DNA of 59,181 bases. It comes from a virus. Lineage: Duplodnaviria > Caudoviricetes. The stretch covers positions 1-59,181 of IMG/VR virus record IMGVR_UViG_3300032116_000218; one strand, written 5' to 3'. Each line of letters begins with the position of its first letter. Within the stretch, counting starts at the first letter, position 1. Shown here piece by piece: positions 29,001 to 37,533 of this stretch. The notes below the pieces were generated by a model. The model was not told the origin of the DNA and did no database searches. It worked only from the letters and a program-made list of their open reading frames with translations. The translations under genes were made by a program, and so were the position numbers.

Positions 29001-31854
29001 CAACATCTTCTGTTTTTTGGGTAGCCGGTTCAACTGGAGCAGTTTCCGTTGCTCCTTCAGCAGTTTGTGTGCCAACCACTGACTCAGCAGCGGGTCCGGT
29101 TTGACTAGTTCCTGCAACTCCTGTTTCGGTTGTGCCGGTAAATGTAGGAGTTTTTCCCAAAGCATTGGCAATGGCCTCGTTGGTTTCTGCCGCAGCAAGG
29201 ATTCCTTCATCAGTTTGAAGAAAAGCTTGAAGTTCTTTAGTGCTTTTAAACTCCATTCCATTGTATACGGGTTTGCGGTTTTTGTATACAAGTGTGCCAT
29301 CCTTGACCAACTTTTTAGGGTCAAGTTCTTGAGCAGCCAACGCTCTTATTTCTGGGCTTATAACTGGCAATTCATCGACAGCCTCCTCTGTCACTACCGT
29401 TCCTTGTCCCGGCACTTGAGGTGCTTCGCCATCTTCAACTACCACTTCGGTCTCTGTTGCAGCTGGGGCTTCAGTGTCATACCCCTGCTGTTTAAGTGCT
29501 TGCTTGTTTTTCTCAATTTCCTGTAAAACGGCTTTCTTGGTGGCAAGGATTTTTTGAATCTCCGCCTGATTTGCAGGAGTGTCCTCAATAGAACTTAGAT
29601 TGGCATCTATACGGCCAACATATTCTTCCAACTTTTGTAAAGCCGCCAGCCCTTTTTGGATTTCTGGGGCAAGGCCACGCGTGTCAACAGCTTGTGTTTG
29701 CGCAGCACCGCTTTGCTGTGTTGTGGCAGCAGGAGCAGGAGCAGGAGCAGCTGGTTTCTGCCTAAAGGATTCATCCCCGGTGTCATCAGCATAAGCGTTA
29801 GCTAATTCTGCATATTTACGCTCAACCATTCCTGCAAGGTCTTTGTTAAAACGAGGATTGCTTGGATCAATCAATTCCAGCATTTCTTTTTCGGAAATGC
29901 CTCCGTTTAATTCAGAAACATGGGCAATAGATGCTTTCATTATTTCTTCGCCCTCCCTGTATTTGGCTTCCTGCTCCATAGCGTCAGTAACCATTTCGTA
30001 ATACCGCCTTGTAGACTCGTCTGTGTCAATATCTTTCTGCAATGATTTAAGATATTCTGGGTCGTCCAAAGCTTTTATGGCATCTTCTTCAACACCAGCC
30101 CTTCTATCAGGGTCAAGTGTTTTGTCTTTTTTATACGCAGCGTATTCTTCATCGCTTACAGCCGTATAATATGTATCGGAAGCAGGAGTCGCAGGAGGCA
30201 CACCCGGTGCAGGAGGGCTTCCGGGAGCAGGAGGAGCGGATGGTGCTGTTGTTCCGCCACCAAGTACGCCGCGACCTTTTCCAAGCAATCTAGCTATCAT
30301 TTTAATAGCAGCAGTTTCGCCAGTTCCTTCTAAAAAGGTTGATTCCGGGTCTACTTTGCCTGTGGTTACATATTGTGCTGTTGCTTCTCCAGCCATTGCA
30401 GTGCCAAATTCACGCGGGTTTAAAAAATCTACAAATTCGGTTCCTGCTTTTGAAGCAACTTTACCCACTTTTGTTTTTGCAGCTTGCTCTACGGCTTGTC
30501 CTAATTTTGTTGTAAACGCTTTAACTGTAGGATGAGAAAAAACTTTTTTAGATTGACCAAGTTTTGAAAGTCCTTTTGCAATTGGCGACCTAAGAGATGC
30601 TGGTAAAACTTTTGTTGCTTTTTGGACAACCTTTGCAGCTTTACTTCCAACATTACCTAATACGCCAGCCCCAAAAACATCAAAACCGGTAACAATAGCT
30701 GCTCTTGTATTTGCTTTTTTGAGAATTGGGTCAATAAACGCCTTGTCACTAAAAGCCCTTCTCCAATCCTCCCCTTTAGTAACATCAAATAATGCATATC
30801 CGTTTTTGTCCTTTGCTTGCTCTAATTCGTCAACAATTGTAGCAAACAATTCCATTTGATAAGCAGCCATAAGACCTCCGATTTCGGGCGCACCAGCAAC
30901 ACCCGTAATCACCATTTCTTCCCATCCAGACCTTATTAAAGTAGCCCCAGATTCCCAAATTGTGGGAATAATCATTTTTGCAAAATCTGACACCGTGTCC
31001 CACGCGCCTTCGTGCTTTTGAAAATCTAATTCAACATTTGTTGGACCATATTCTTTATAGTCTTTCATTTGTTTAGCTATACGGTCAAAATCCATGTTAA
31101 CAGACCCTGTCGCTAACCCCGGAAGAGTAGTTTCGTTTACAGCTTCTCCAAATGACGATCCTCGCTGTAGGCTTGTAATAGAATCTTTAAAATAATCAAT
31201 AGCTTTATTAACACCTAATGGCTCAAGAATTTTGCTTTTCCCGGCTGCTTCTGTTAAATAATCAAGACCTTTTTTAAAAGTATCAACACCTTGCTTGGTC
31301 ATATCGCCAAGTATATCTGGAATAGCCCTAAACCAAGGTTTGTTTTTTTCTGCGGCGGCTTCCGCTTCAGCTTGCCGCTTGTCTTTTTTCTTTTGTTCTT
31401 CTTCTGCGCGGGCTTGCTTTACGCCTTCATCGCTGTATACAATATTTTTCTGTTGCTCGTATTCAGGCGTATAATAACCTCTATATTCTTGAACCGGAAT
31501 TTTTATACCACGGCCAGAAATGTCTTTGTAAAAATCTTCCCGAAACTTTGGGTTTTCGGTAATAAGTTTGTAAAATTTATCTTTACCCCATCTATTAAGA
31601 AGATTGTTTAAATCTTTATCACGGCCCATAAGAACCCTGTTAAAAAGTTCATCACTTTTTTGTCGGGCTGTTTTGGGTTTTTCCGCAGCAGGAGCCGGAG
31701 TTTTAGGCGCAGTCTGAGCATCTGTTGTAGACTCAACGGCTTGAGCGGCTTCAGCTTCTGCTTCGGCTTGCGCTAAAGCATCTGCATCAATATTTGCATC
31801 AAGGCTTGCGGATGTCTCGTCTACATTTTCGATTTCAATTTCTTTTTCGGCCAT
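25996..31854 (-). CDS. Large polyvalent cargo protein with ADP-ribosyltransferase domain
   Basis: 1952 aa; DGNP..LFHGT...F, FFSS....A..Y, AY.SM.NP, YDGVI..NV.D pattern at about 27490-27950. Confidence 0.7.
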   Translation of the reverse strand: MAEKEIEIENVDETSASLDANIDADALAQAEAEAEAAQAVESTTDAQTAPKTPAPAAEKPKTARQKSDELFNRVLMGRDKDLNNLLNRWGKDKFYKLITENPKFREDFYKDISGRGIKIPVQEYRGYYTPEYEQQKNIVYSDEGVKQARAEEEQKKKDKRQAEAEAAAEKNKPWFRAIPDILGDMTKQGVDTFKKGLDYLTEAAGKSKILEPLGVNKAIDYFKDSITSLQRGSSFGEAVNETTLPGLATGSVNMDFDRIAKQMKDYKEYGPTNVELDFQKHEGAWDTVSDFAKMIIPTIWESGATLIRSGWEEMVITGVAGAPEIGGLMAAYQMELFATIVDELEQAKDKNGYALFDVTKGEDWRRAFSDKAFIDPILKKANTRAAIVTGFDVFGAGVLGNVGSKAAKVVQKATKVLPASLRSPIAKGLSKLGQSKKVFSHPTVKAFTTKLGQAVEQAAKTKVGKVASKAGTEFVDFLNPREFGTAMAGEATAQYVTTGKVDPESTFLEGTGETAAIKMIARLLGKGRGVLGGGTTAPSAPPAPGSPPAPGVPPATPASDTYYTAVSDEEYAAYKKDKTLDPDRRAGVEEDAIKALDDPEYLKSLQKDIDTDESTRRYYEMVTDAMEQEAKYREGEEIMKASIAHVSELNGGISEKEMLELIDPSNPRFNKDLAGMVERKYAELANAYADDTGDESFRQKPAAPAPAPAATTQQSGAAQTQAVDTRGLAPEIQKGLAALQKLEEYVGRIDANLSSIEDTPANQAEIQKILATKKAVLQEIEKNKQALKQQGYDTEAPAATETEVVVEDGEAPQVPGQGTVVTEEAVDELPVISPEIRALAAQELDPKKLVKDGTLVYKNRKPVYNGMEFKSTKELQAFLQTDEGILAAAETNEAIANALGKTPTFTGTTETGVAGTSQTGPAAESVVGTQTAEGATETAPVEPATQKTEDVEVQAEGVDERTKKRIEYLEDAKAKIEARIKNNPDSPDMPRFQKALDKFNKDLEELKKETSKPTKPEGKPRVKGDGQEVVEAFEKAVAAGKKISFPVSGGRTTVQLDKPGQLKADEDGGLYIDRGKGKREYLPAGGGEESVIRQQLGVAETAESKKQRKEAVAERNKKAKEQADQKRKSEEAKQAQKKRDMIDRLQKILDTGKSEKGKTISEKERKEVEANIERLKQSIADAEAADKLVKGEQPTETAPVEGTTVVEEAPIGWIQKPVKIKEDVYRFEDSQGIGYIVRRLVGERITPMWIVSNHEEGIWDGSHHPFKTKDQAIKYIESFFQKPTFSQATTSGIPKEFTKEGGNKIVGEDGNPIKLFHGTQSEFDEYQFPSFFGDVQYATEGGAEMAMGGIKAVFFSSNKDSATTYSQLDKSKKSFVKEAYVSMQNPIVIDAKGKNWTGRVADDYKLALKQIKDGAKNKDGKPYDGVIVKNVIDSASDKPHVGDVYMVTDPKKIYNLDTKPEQIIAKTETKTITETETEAKENAAIKKRIEALDPNESQGYQVDRLRAAKEDMLAQPERAIMAMQAMDFFTEFYGRNDKQYIEYAKKHPLSTVTQYFYNSENSVIDMVREQISGKKFDIIRIREQINSLGKGKKDAQLKASYEQSIKDAEQYVKDIKVAYNEFAKENGLEVLLAEHKTTETETTTETEPEAPAQYIPLTSKDIEIGKFSKDEAVEYETDEKELESGRMSEYISSMTVEVLNDDGNTVGFLTKLKDEDGTVTWQSSNESGDELGIDEAFDTKQEAIQALLDDYNKEQSKEFAKEQKRLAKEAEKKAAKEQKKEPAVEPEKTDEDKKESKTETKFNWDKKPDKKEIQLLLSKLTQEQLDKGFYYGVAPDSTYKTIYNRLRLALGDNEKANAFLLENGINWGKPQEAKVETKLAEATPEQAERSQMAMMDDIMDTERTKPAAAKEMRDQFIEQHGKEVFDKLNKITRNFEQIINTLEKEGKCIKKC

Positions 31855-31861
31855 AATTTTA

Positions 31862-33547
31862 TTAATATCCAGATGTTGTTATTGTTGATTTAGGAAGTTT
31901 AAATTTAGGGAATTCGTTGTTAATAAAGTTTTCTAATGCTGGACCCGAACCTTGATTCCGTTTAATAAATATTGGTATTTCAAGACCTTCCTGAATTTGC
32001 GCTACTGTATAGTTACGATTTTCTAAGGCATCTATTTGGGCTTTTGTTGGGTTTTTTAAAGGAGGTGTTTTCATCATAACAACAAACCCATCGGAAGAAT
32101 CATCTCCTACAAGAGGAGGAAATCCCTTTGGCAAGATTATACCTTGTGGCAGTAAAAAATCTCTTTTAACTCCACCTATTCGCCTATTGCGGGTCTGATT
32201 AATAGGAACATTTTCTACATAAAATACATTTCCTGTGGTAAATGAACCGCCAGTCAATGTATACTCTTTATTAGTTCCTACATCCACTTTCTTTAAGTAG
32301 CCAAGTACGTTCAAAATTTCAGGGTCGCCCATAGGAACGATTCGTGTGCCAGTGTTTATTTGCTGAGGGTTTTTATTGAAATTATAATTTGGAACAGCAC
32401 CAAAATTGTAAACAAAATCAATTCCTTGCTTTACTGTAGGGTCTGACAATCCCTCAGCAATTGCGCGACCGGCAAAATTAAAACCAACCATGCCTGACTG
32501 GTAGTCTTTTGCAGCATCGCCTTCTGCTTTTGCCTTTTGTGCTGCCCTACGGTAATTTGTTTCAAGGTTTTTTATAATATCTTTACTTCCTCGACTGGCA
32601 AGCGTATTGTCCATATACTGCCGTTCGCCTGAAGCATAATATTCTTTTAAAATTTTTTCTTTTTCTTCAGGGTCTTTTTCATCTATATAATCCTTTTGTA
32701 ATTTGCCGTATTCTGCCCCCAACTGACCAAAGCGTCTTAACTGCTTTCGTATATATGGGTCTGACTCGTATAGCTTTTTAGTATTATCATAATCAACCTC
32801 TAACGGTGCGCCTTCAACTGGAATTCCGTTTTTGTCAAGACGCAGCTTAAACAATGCGGAAATTCCGCTCATGCCAAACTTAGAACCTGATGGTGTTGTC
32901 TTTTCATATGTATTTTTACCGCTTGCGTCTATTGCCCAAGCCCCTACCTTATCAAGGTCGTAGTCGTTTACATCGTCTTCATAAGCTTTGTTTCTTGCCT
33001 CTATTTCATTATAAGACATATACTTATCATAATCGTCTGGCCTGTTGTCCCCTAAGTATTGTTCTTTTGCGGCATTTGCTTTAACAAATTGTCCAAAGCC
33101 GCCTGTAAAAAACTTCTCAGCATCATTATCAATGGCCGCTGTTTTGTTGTTAACGCCTTCTTGATAATACTTATACAAAGGAGGTATTTGGTTTGCTCCT
33201 TCAATATCCCCTGCGGATTTTTTTGCCACATACTCGGAATAGCCCTTGTCAAACAACTTGCTAATTACTTTTTGACCAGAGTTAAACGCGGCCTTACCGG
33301 TAGCCGCAACAGCTTCATATGGAGTTAATTTTAACCCCTTTGCAACAGTTTCTTTTTCCTTAGCCGAAGCCAGCTTTGCTGCCGTTGCAAGCTTTAGCTT
33401 GTCAAGATTTTCCATTCTTGCGCCTAACCGGGCAAGGTTTTGAGCAACATTTGTGTCAAACACGTTTGCTATACCGCTGCCAAGTCTGCCTTGAGGCACA
33501 AGCCCTACGCCGCTGTCAAGTCCTTGAATTTCTGGAGTCACTGCCAT
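31862..33547 (-). CDS. Putative virion cargo protein
   Basis: 561 aa; lies between ring genes and giant cargo genes. Confidence 0.55.
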   Translation of the reverse strand: MAVTPEIQGLDSGVGLVPQGRLGSGIANVFDTNVAQNLARLGARMENLDKLKLATAAKLASAKEKETVAKGLKLTPYEAVAATGKAAFNSGQKVISKLFDKGYSEYVAKKSAGDIEGANQIPPLYKYYQEGVNNKTAAIDNDAEKFFTGGFGQFVKANAAKEQYLGDNRPDDYDKYMSYNEIEARNKAYEDDVNDYDLDKVGAWAIDASGKNTYEKTTPSGSKFGMSGISALFKLRLDKNGIPVEGAPLEVDYDNTKKLYESDPYIRKQLRRFGQLGAEYGKLQKDYIDEKDPEEKEKILKEYYASGERQYMDNTLASRGSKDIIKNLETNYRRAAQKAKAEGDAAKDYQSGMVGFNFAGRAIAEGLSDPTVKQGIDFVYNFGAVPNYNFNKNPQQINTGTRIVPMGDPEILNVLGYLKKVDVGTNKEYTLTGGSFTTGNVFYVENVPINQTRNRRIGGVKRDFLLPQGIILPKGFPPLVGDDSSDGFVVMMKTPPLKNPTKAQIDALENRNYTVAQIQEGLEIPIFIKRNQGSGPALENFINNEFPKFKLPKSTITTSGY

Positions 33548-33564
33548 GAGGTTTTATTTATCTA

Positions 33565-34311
33565 TTAATAGTATCCATTTCTGTAGCCACGGGTGCGGTC
33601 AAATATCTTAATGATATCTTGCGTCTTGCGGCGATTCTTTCTTTGCCAAGCGTATATGTATTCAGCTTGATAGTTTTTCTGATGAACCTGAAACTGGGCA
33701 TTGCCTTTGTTCTCAAAGTGCTTATACTTGATAAACTCCTTGAAAGCCATTATGAAATACGGGTGTATAGTGGTTGTTTCGCTTGGTTCCAGACAATTGC
33801 TAATGTATTGCAAGGTGACATTTGAATAAGCAAATGTAGGACTTAGAATTAATTTCTTATTGGCAAGATCAATGTTAAAATCGCCATAATCGCCTCCATT
33901 TCCAAACGCTTGCACTTGGCCCATTGGCCCCCACAAAGATGTTCCAAGCCCCCATAAATTGCCCCAATACCAGATGTTGTTATTGGTTCTTGTTAGCAGC
34001 CCGGTTTGCTCTTTAAACTTGTGGTCTGTCAAATGCCCGTTAAAAGCAAGGGCTTTAATATAACGGCCTATCTGAGTGCCAACAGTTACATAGTCTACAT
34101 AGTCATGTGGTAAATTAACTGTTGTATAGCCAATGTCGGCAAGGTTGTAATACACCTCGCGTCTTTCGTTTAATATGCCGGTGCGTCCGTCAATTCTAAG
34201 CTGACGAATAAAATCCATTGCAAAAGACTGAAAGGCAAAAAATCTGTTTGCCGGGATTTCTAATTCCTCTATTACAAGAGCAACTAATTCATTGACTGTT
34301 TGAGTAATCAC
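33565..34311 (-). CDS. Tail ring/tubular protein
   Basis: V.LP.DYVDYV.VG and V.LQYIS......IHP motifs of crAss-like ring proteins. Confidence 0.7.
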   Translation of the reverse strand: MITQTVNELVALVIEELEIPANRFFAFQSFAMDFIRQLRIDGRTGILNERREVYYNLADIGYTTVNLPHDYVDYVTVGTQIGRYIKALAFNGHLTDHKFKEQTGLLTRTNNNIWYWGNLWGLGTSLWGPMGQVQAFGNGGDYGDFNIDLANKKLILSPTFAYSNVTLQYISNCLEPSETTTIHPYFIMAFKEFIKYKHFENKGNAQFQVHQKNYQAEYIYAWQRKNRRKTQDIIKIFDRTRGYRNGYY

Positions 34312-34952
34312 GATGCGTTAGGATTATAGTCTGTAACCATATCTGCCTTACGGTTAAACCTTTGATTCAATATTGGCAGAAGCTGCTGAATAATAAGCAT
34401 GGTAACGCCATCATTCACCGTGGCACTGTTTGCTACAGCTGTAGTAACCGCAACTTCCCGGAATGGGATTGGGTCTTTACAAGCTGGCAGTATAAAGATT
34501 TTTTTATTGTTGACGCTGTAATAAAACTTGCCAGCAAATTGTATAGTTTCTCCGCCCTTTAGGTTTTCATAGTTTTCAAACTGAATATACGGAAGCTGCC
34601 TTTTGCCTTTGTATCCAGCATCCACAACAGCCACCCTAACAATCCCTCTGTTCTTGGGAAGGTTAAGATAGTCTTCTGGAAGCAGAACATTTACATATCC
34701 TGTTATATTGTCTGGAATAGGCAGCAAAGTTGTTGGGTCAATAGGGATTGGAAGCCTATACGTTACAAGCCATTGCTCTGAAACTGTGTGCTGGTTTTCG
34801 GCCTTATAGTTTTCAAAAAACATATTGCGGCCAATCATAGCATGGGCCTCCCTGACCAAAGGAACTATTTCTCGGACATCCGGCCCTTCGACAGTTGGTC
34901 GGCCAGCTTGGTACATCAGCAATAGCTGATTGGCAATGTATTCGTAATCCAT
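34308..34952 (-). CDS. Tail ring protein
   Basis: LP...LNLP.NRG motif; tandem with the other ring genes. Confidence 0.6.
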   Translation of the reverse strand: MDYEYIANQLLLMYQAGRPTVEGPDVREIVPLVREAHAMIGRNMFFENYKAENQHTVSEQWLVTYRLPIPIDPTTLLPIPDNITGYVNVLLPEDYLNLPKNRGIVRVAVVDAGYKGKRQLPYIQFENYENLKGGETIQFAGKFYYSVNNKKIFILPACKDPIPFREVAVTTAVANSATVNDGVTMLIIQQLLPILNQRFNRKADMVTDYNPNAS

Positions 34953-34953
34953 G

Positions 34954-35706
34954 TTATAATACTTTTTGCTCTTGTGCTAAACCGGCTTGAATCAGCACTC
35001 CGTTGGAAATGTTAAACCCAAGCTGCTCTACAGTCATAAAAACAAGCTGATCGTATTTGTCGTCAGACCAATCTGTGTCTATAAACCCATTGGCTGGGTC
35101 TATATCAACTTCAGGTAATGGGTTTGTTGTGCTTGTAGTAAAATTAAAATTAACCAAAGTTGGAAGCGTCAAACAACGAACCATTATGCTATTAATTCTA
35201 TTGTTAATGCTGTCTTGAGGAACAATTTCATATGATAATGATTTGTTGGGCAAATCAAGGCCAATTAACCGACCATATGGCCTTCGTTGAATAGGCGGAA
35301 TAACGGGGTTGTTTACCATTGTGCTAAACTGATTATCCGGCAAAACCAATACAGGGTAATACGGAGCATCTGGGCTTAAATACTGAGCCTCAATTATTTG
35401 AACAATATCAATCTGCCGACCATCTCCGTCTGTCAAAGGAATTCTTAACGGCTGTAAATTTTGTAAAAAATAATACACCCTATACATTTCCGAAAGGGCA
35501 TCCGTTGTAACGCTTGTCTGTTCAAAATTTATTGCGCCCTGCGGTCTGCCGGGAGCATATTGAACCATATTCCCCCGAAGCTTTTTATACAGCTGCAACG
35601 AAGCAATGTTAAAAGCGTTCCTTATTTCTTCTGGAGTTTTATAGTATGACCCAGCATTTAGATAAGTAAGTATGGTGTTTACTACCCGATATAACAATGG
35701 GGGCAT
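34954..35706 (-). CDS. Tail ring/adaptor protein
   Basis: Y.TPEE....FN.A.L.L motif typical of crAss-like ring protein 1. Confidence 0.65.
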   Translation of the reverse strand: MPPLLYRVVNTILTYLNAGSYYKTPEEIRNAFNIASLQLYKKLRGNMVQYAPGRPQGAINFEQTSVTTDALSEMYRVYYFLQNLQPLRIPLTDGDGRQIDIVQIIEAQYLSPDAPYYPVLVLPDNQFSTMVNNPVIPPIQRRPYGRLIGLDLPNKSLSYEIVPQDSINNRINSIMVRCLTLPTLVNFNFTTSTTNPLPEVDIDPANGFIDTDWSDDKYDQLVFMTVEQLGFNISNGVLIQAGLAQEQKVL

Positions 35707-35771
35707 AGTGATGAATTTTTAGATTACAAAGAAACAAATTATACAGGACTTTTTGAAATCAATCTTTTGTT

Positions 35772-35779
35772 TACTTTTG
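35772..35779 (+). promoter_or_regulatory. Bacteroidota -7 promoter element
   Basis: TACTTTTG just upstream of ATG 35787. Confidence 0.6.
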
Positions 35780-35786
35780 CATCTAT

Positions 35787-36101
35787 ATGGAAAAGAAAAT
35801 ACTTGTTGTTTTAGGCCGTTTTGGAGATATATACATGGCGGCTAAACAGTTAAAAGAACCGTGCAAAATTGCTTGCGCCCCGGAGTTTAGCCAAATTGTA
35901 TACGAATTATTTCCTCAACATGAGGTTATAATTATTGAAGGCATCCCAAAATACAACCCTAAAATGGCGGCACATTTTTGCACAGTCAAATATCCAGACC
36001 ACAAAATTGTTGCTGCCCAGCAAGACGGCACAACGCTGGATGAATACATTGGCTTTAGAAACTTTCAATCATATCAAGAATACCATGCATCTACCCTATA
36101 A
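35787..36101 (+). CDS. Glycosyltransferase family 9-like N-terminal part
   Basis: ILVV.GRFGDI motif resembling the GT9 N-terminus. Confidence 0.5.
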   Translation: MEKKILVVLGRFGDIYMAAKQLKEPCKIACAPEFSQIVYELFPQHEVIIIEGIPKYNPKMAAHFCTVKYPDHKIVAAQQDGTTLDEYIGFRNFQSYQEYHASTL

Positions 36102-37131
36102 AAAAGCAATCATATACTTAGACGGCGTTTCCTCTCAAGTTAAAACCGAAGAGGTTATGCAATCTATTTGCCAAGCACTGCGGGCATTAAATATTCCGTA
36201 TAGCTTTTACAATGCTCCCAAAATGGGATTTGTAAAACTTAAGCAGGATATGAATGAGCCGGATACGCTATACATTCTTAACGACAGTGCATCGTATCAT
36301 TTGTGTGACCAACCAAATGTGTTTATTACAAGAACGCCTTTTTGGGTTCAATCAAACCCTAAACCAAACACTATTGGAATATTTACTCAGGAGCGTCTTG
36401 AAAACGGCCCGGCAGAACTTATTGCCTGTATAGCAAAAAATACCCCGGTAAGGCAACCGTTTGACAACACCGCTACGCACACATACATTATAACAAATGA
36501 TTACCCTACAGATGATTTAGGCGTAATGGCAAGACACGGAGTGGCGGCTATTTCTTGGGATTTACTAACTGCTTGGGACATCCATGTAAAAGTATTGTTT
36601 CATCAGTCTAAGGATAAAGAACTGCCAATGGTAAACCGCATTCTTGCTGAAGGGCTTGAGATGCTTACGCACCCGGACGACATTATCATTTTCATCAACC
36701 GGGACATTTGTCTAACAAAAGAATCTACGACAATTATACGCAACTACATGGACACTAACCATATTGATGCTGTATACTCCCGTAGACGCGATGTCCAAGG
36801 GTTAAATATTTTTGACCAAAAAGACTTAGAAAAATACCCAAAAGGAGGGGGAGCCGATTTGTTTGCTTTTCGCAAAAACGCTGCCTGCCTTGAAAAAATA
36901 CTGCCCGTTGATTTATACATCGGAAGAGTGTTGTGGGATAGCTTGTGGATGCATGAAGTTGTTAACGAACTTCCATGCTCCGTATCATATCACCCTATAC
37001 ACGGAACTACTTGGCAAGCAATAGAAGACGACACAACTAAACTTAATATACAAAATGTATTATGTGCCGCTCCTGAACTCAGAATGAAATACGGAAATAA
37101 AGGAGAATTATACGCTCCAATTCCTTTATAA
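36085..37131 (+). CDS. Glycosyltransferase-like protein (GT9-like C-terminal part plus a second GT-like domain)
   Basis: YILNDSASYHL resembles GT9 IxNDSGxxHL; later IIFINRDI, RRD, GADLFAF and WD motifs. ATG at 36085. Confidence 0.55.
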   Translation: MHLPYKKAIIYLDGVSSQVKTEEVMQSICQALRALNIPYSFYNAPKMGFVKLKQDMNEPDTLYILNDSASYHLCDQPNVFITRTPFWVQSNPKPNTIGIFTQERLENGPAELIACIAKNTPVRQPFDNTATHTYIITNDYPTDDLGVMARHGVAAISWDLLTAWDIHVKVLFHQSKDKELPMVNRILAEGLEMLTHPDDIIIFINRDICLTKESTTIIRNYMDTNHIDAVYSRRRDVQGLNIFDQKDLEKYPKGGGADLFAFRKNAACLEKILPVDLYIGRVLWDSLWMHEVVNELPCSVSYHPIHGTTWQAIEDDTTKLNIQNVLCAAPELRMKYGNKGELYAPIPL

Positions 37132-37139
37132 ACAAAGAA

Positions 37140-37165
37140 AAGGCCGGGTGTGTTAGCCCGGCCTT
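37140..37165. terminator. Likely bidirectional terminator
   Basis: AAGGCCGGG-N8-CCCGGCCTT between convergent genes. Confidence 0.65.
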
Positions 37166-37186
37166 AACTTTTAAAAACAATGCCTA

Positions 37187-37462
37187 CTAAGGAACTACAA
37201 CAGCAGAAGCAGCAGAAGAGTTTGCAAAAGCAACAATGCTTGCAACGGCATTTTGCACCAACACTCTTTGCTGTCCATTGTTTGGACCCATGTCGTAGAC
37301 AAATGCGCTATTAATTAAGCTACCAGAAGCGGCAGCAAGCGTAGGCCAAACGATGTTGTTAGTATCGTAATAAAAATTGATTGTTGAAGCCGTAGAGGCG
37401 TTCAACATAATTGCGCTACCACTGGTTGGGCTAACGCGGGTTTTTAGCTGGAGAATAGCCAT
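37187..37462 (-). CDS. Small protein, possibly structural
   Basis: 91 aa, Ala/Ser-rich, own promoter motif at 37517-37524. Confidence 0.55.
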   Translation of the reverse strand: MAILQLKTRVSPTSGSAIMLNASTASTINFYYDTNNIVWPTLAAASGSLINSAFVYDMGPNNGQQRVLVQNAVASIVAFANSSAASAVVVP

Positions 37463-37533
37463 GTTTGCGAGTAAGTTTAAATTTTTGCAAAAATTTTATG
37501 ACAGTAAATGTCAGCACAAATATACAAAATATG

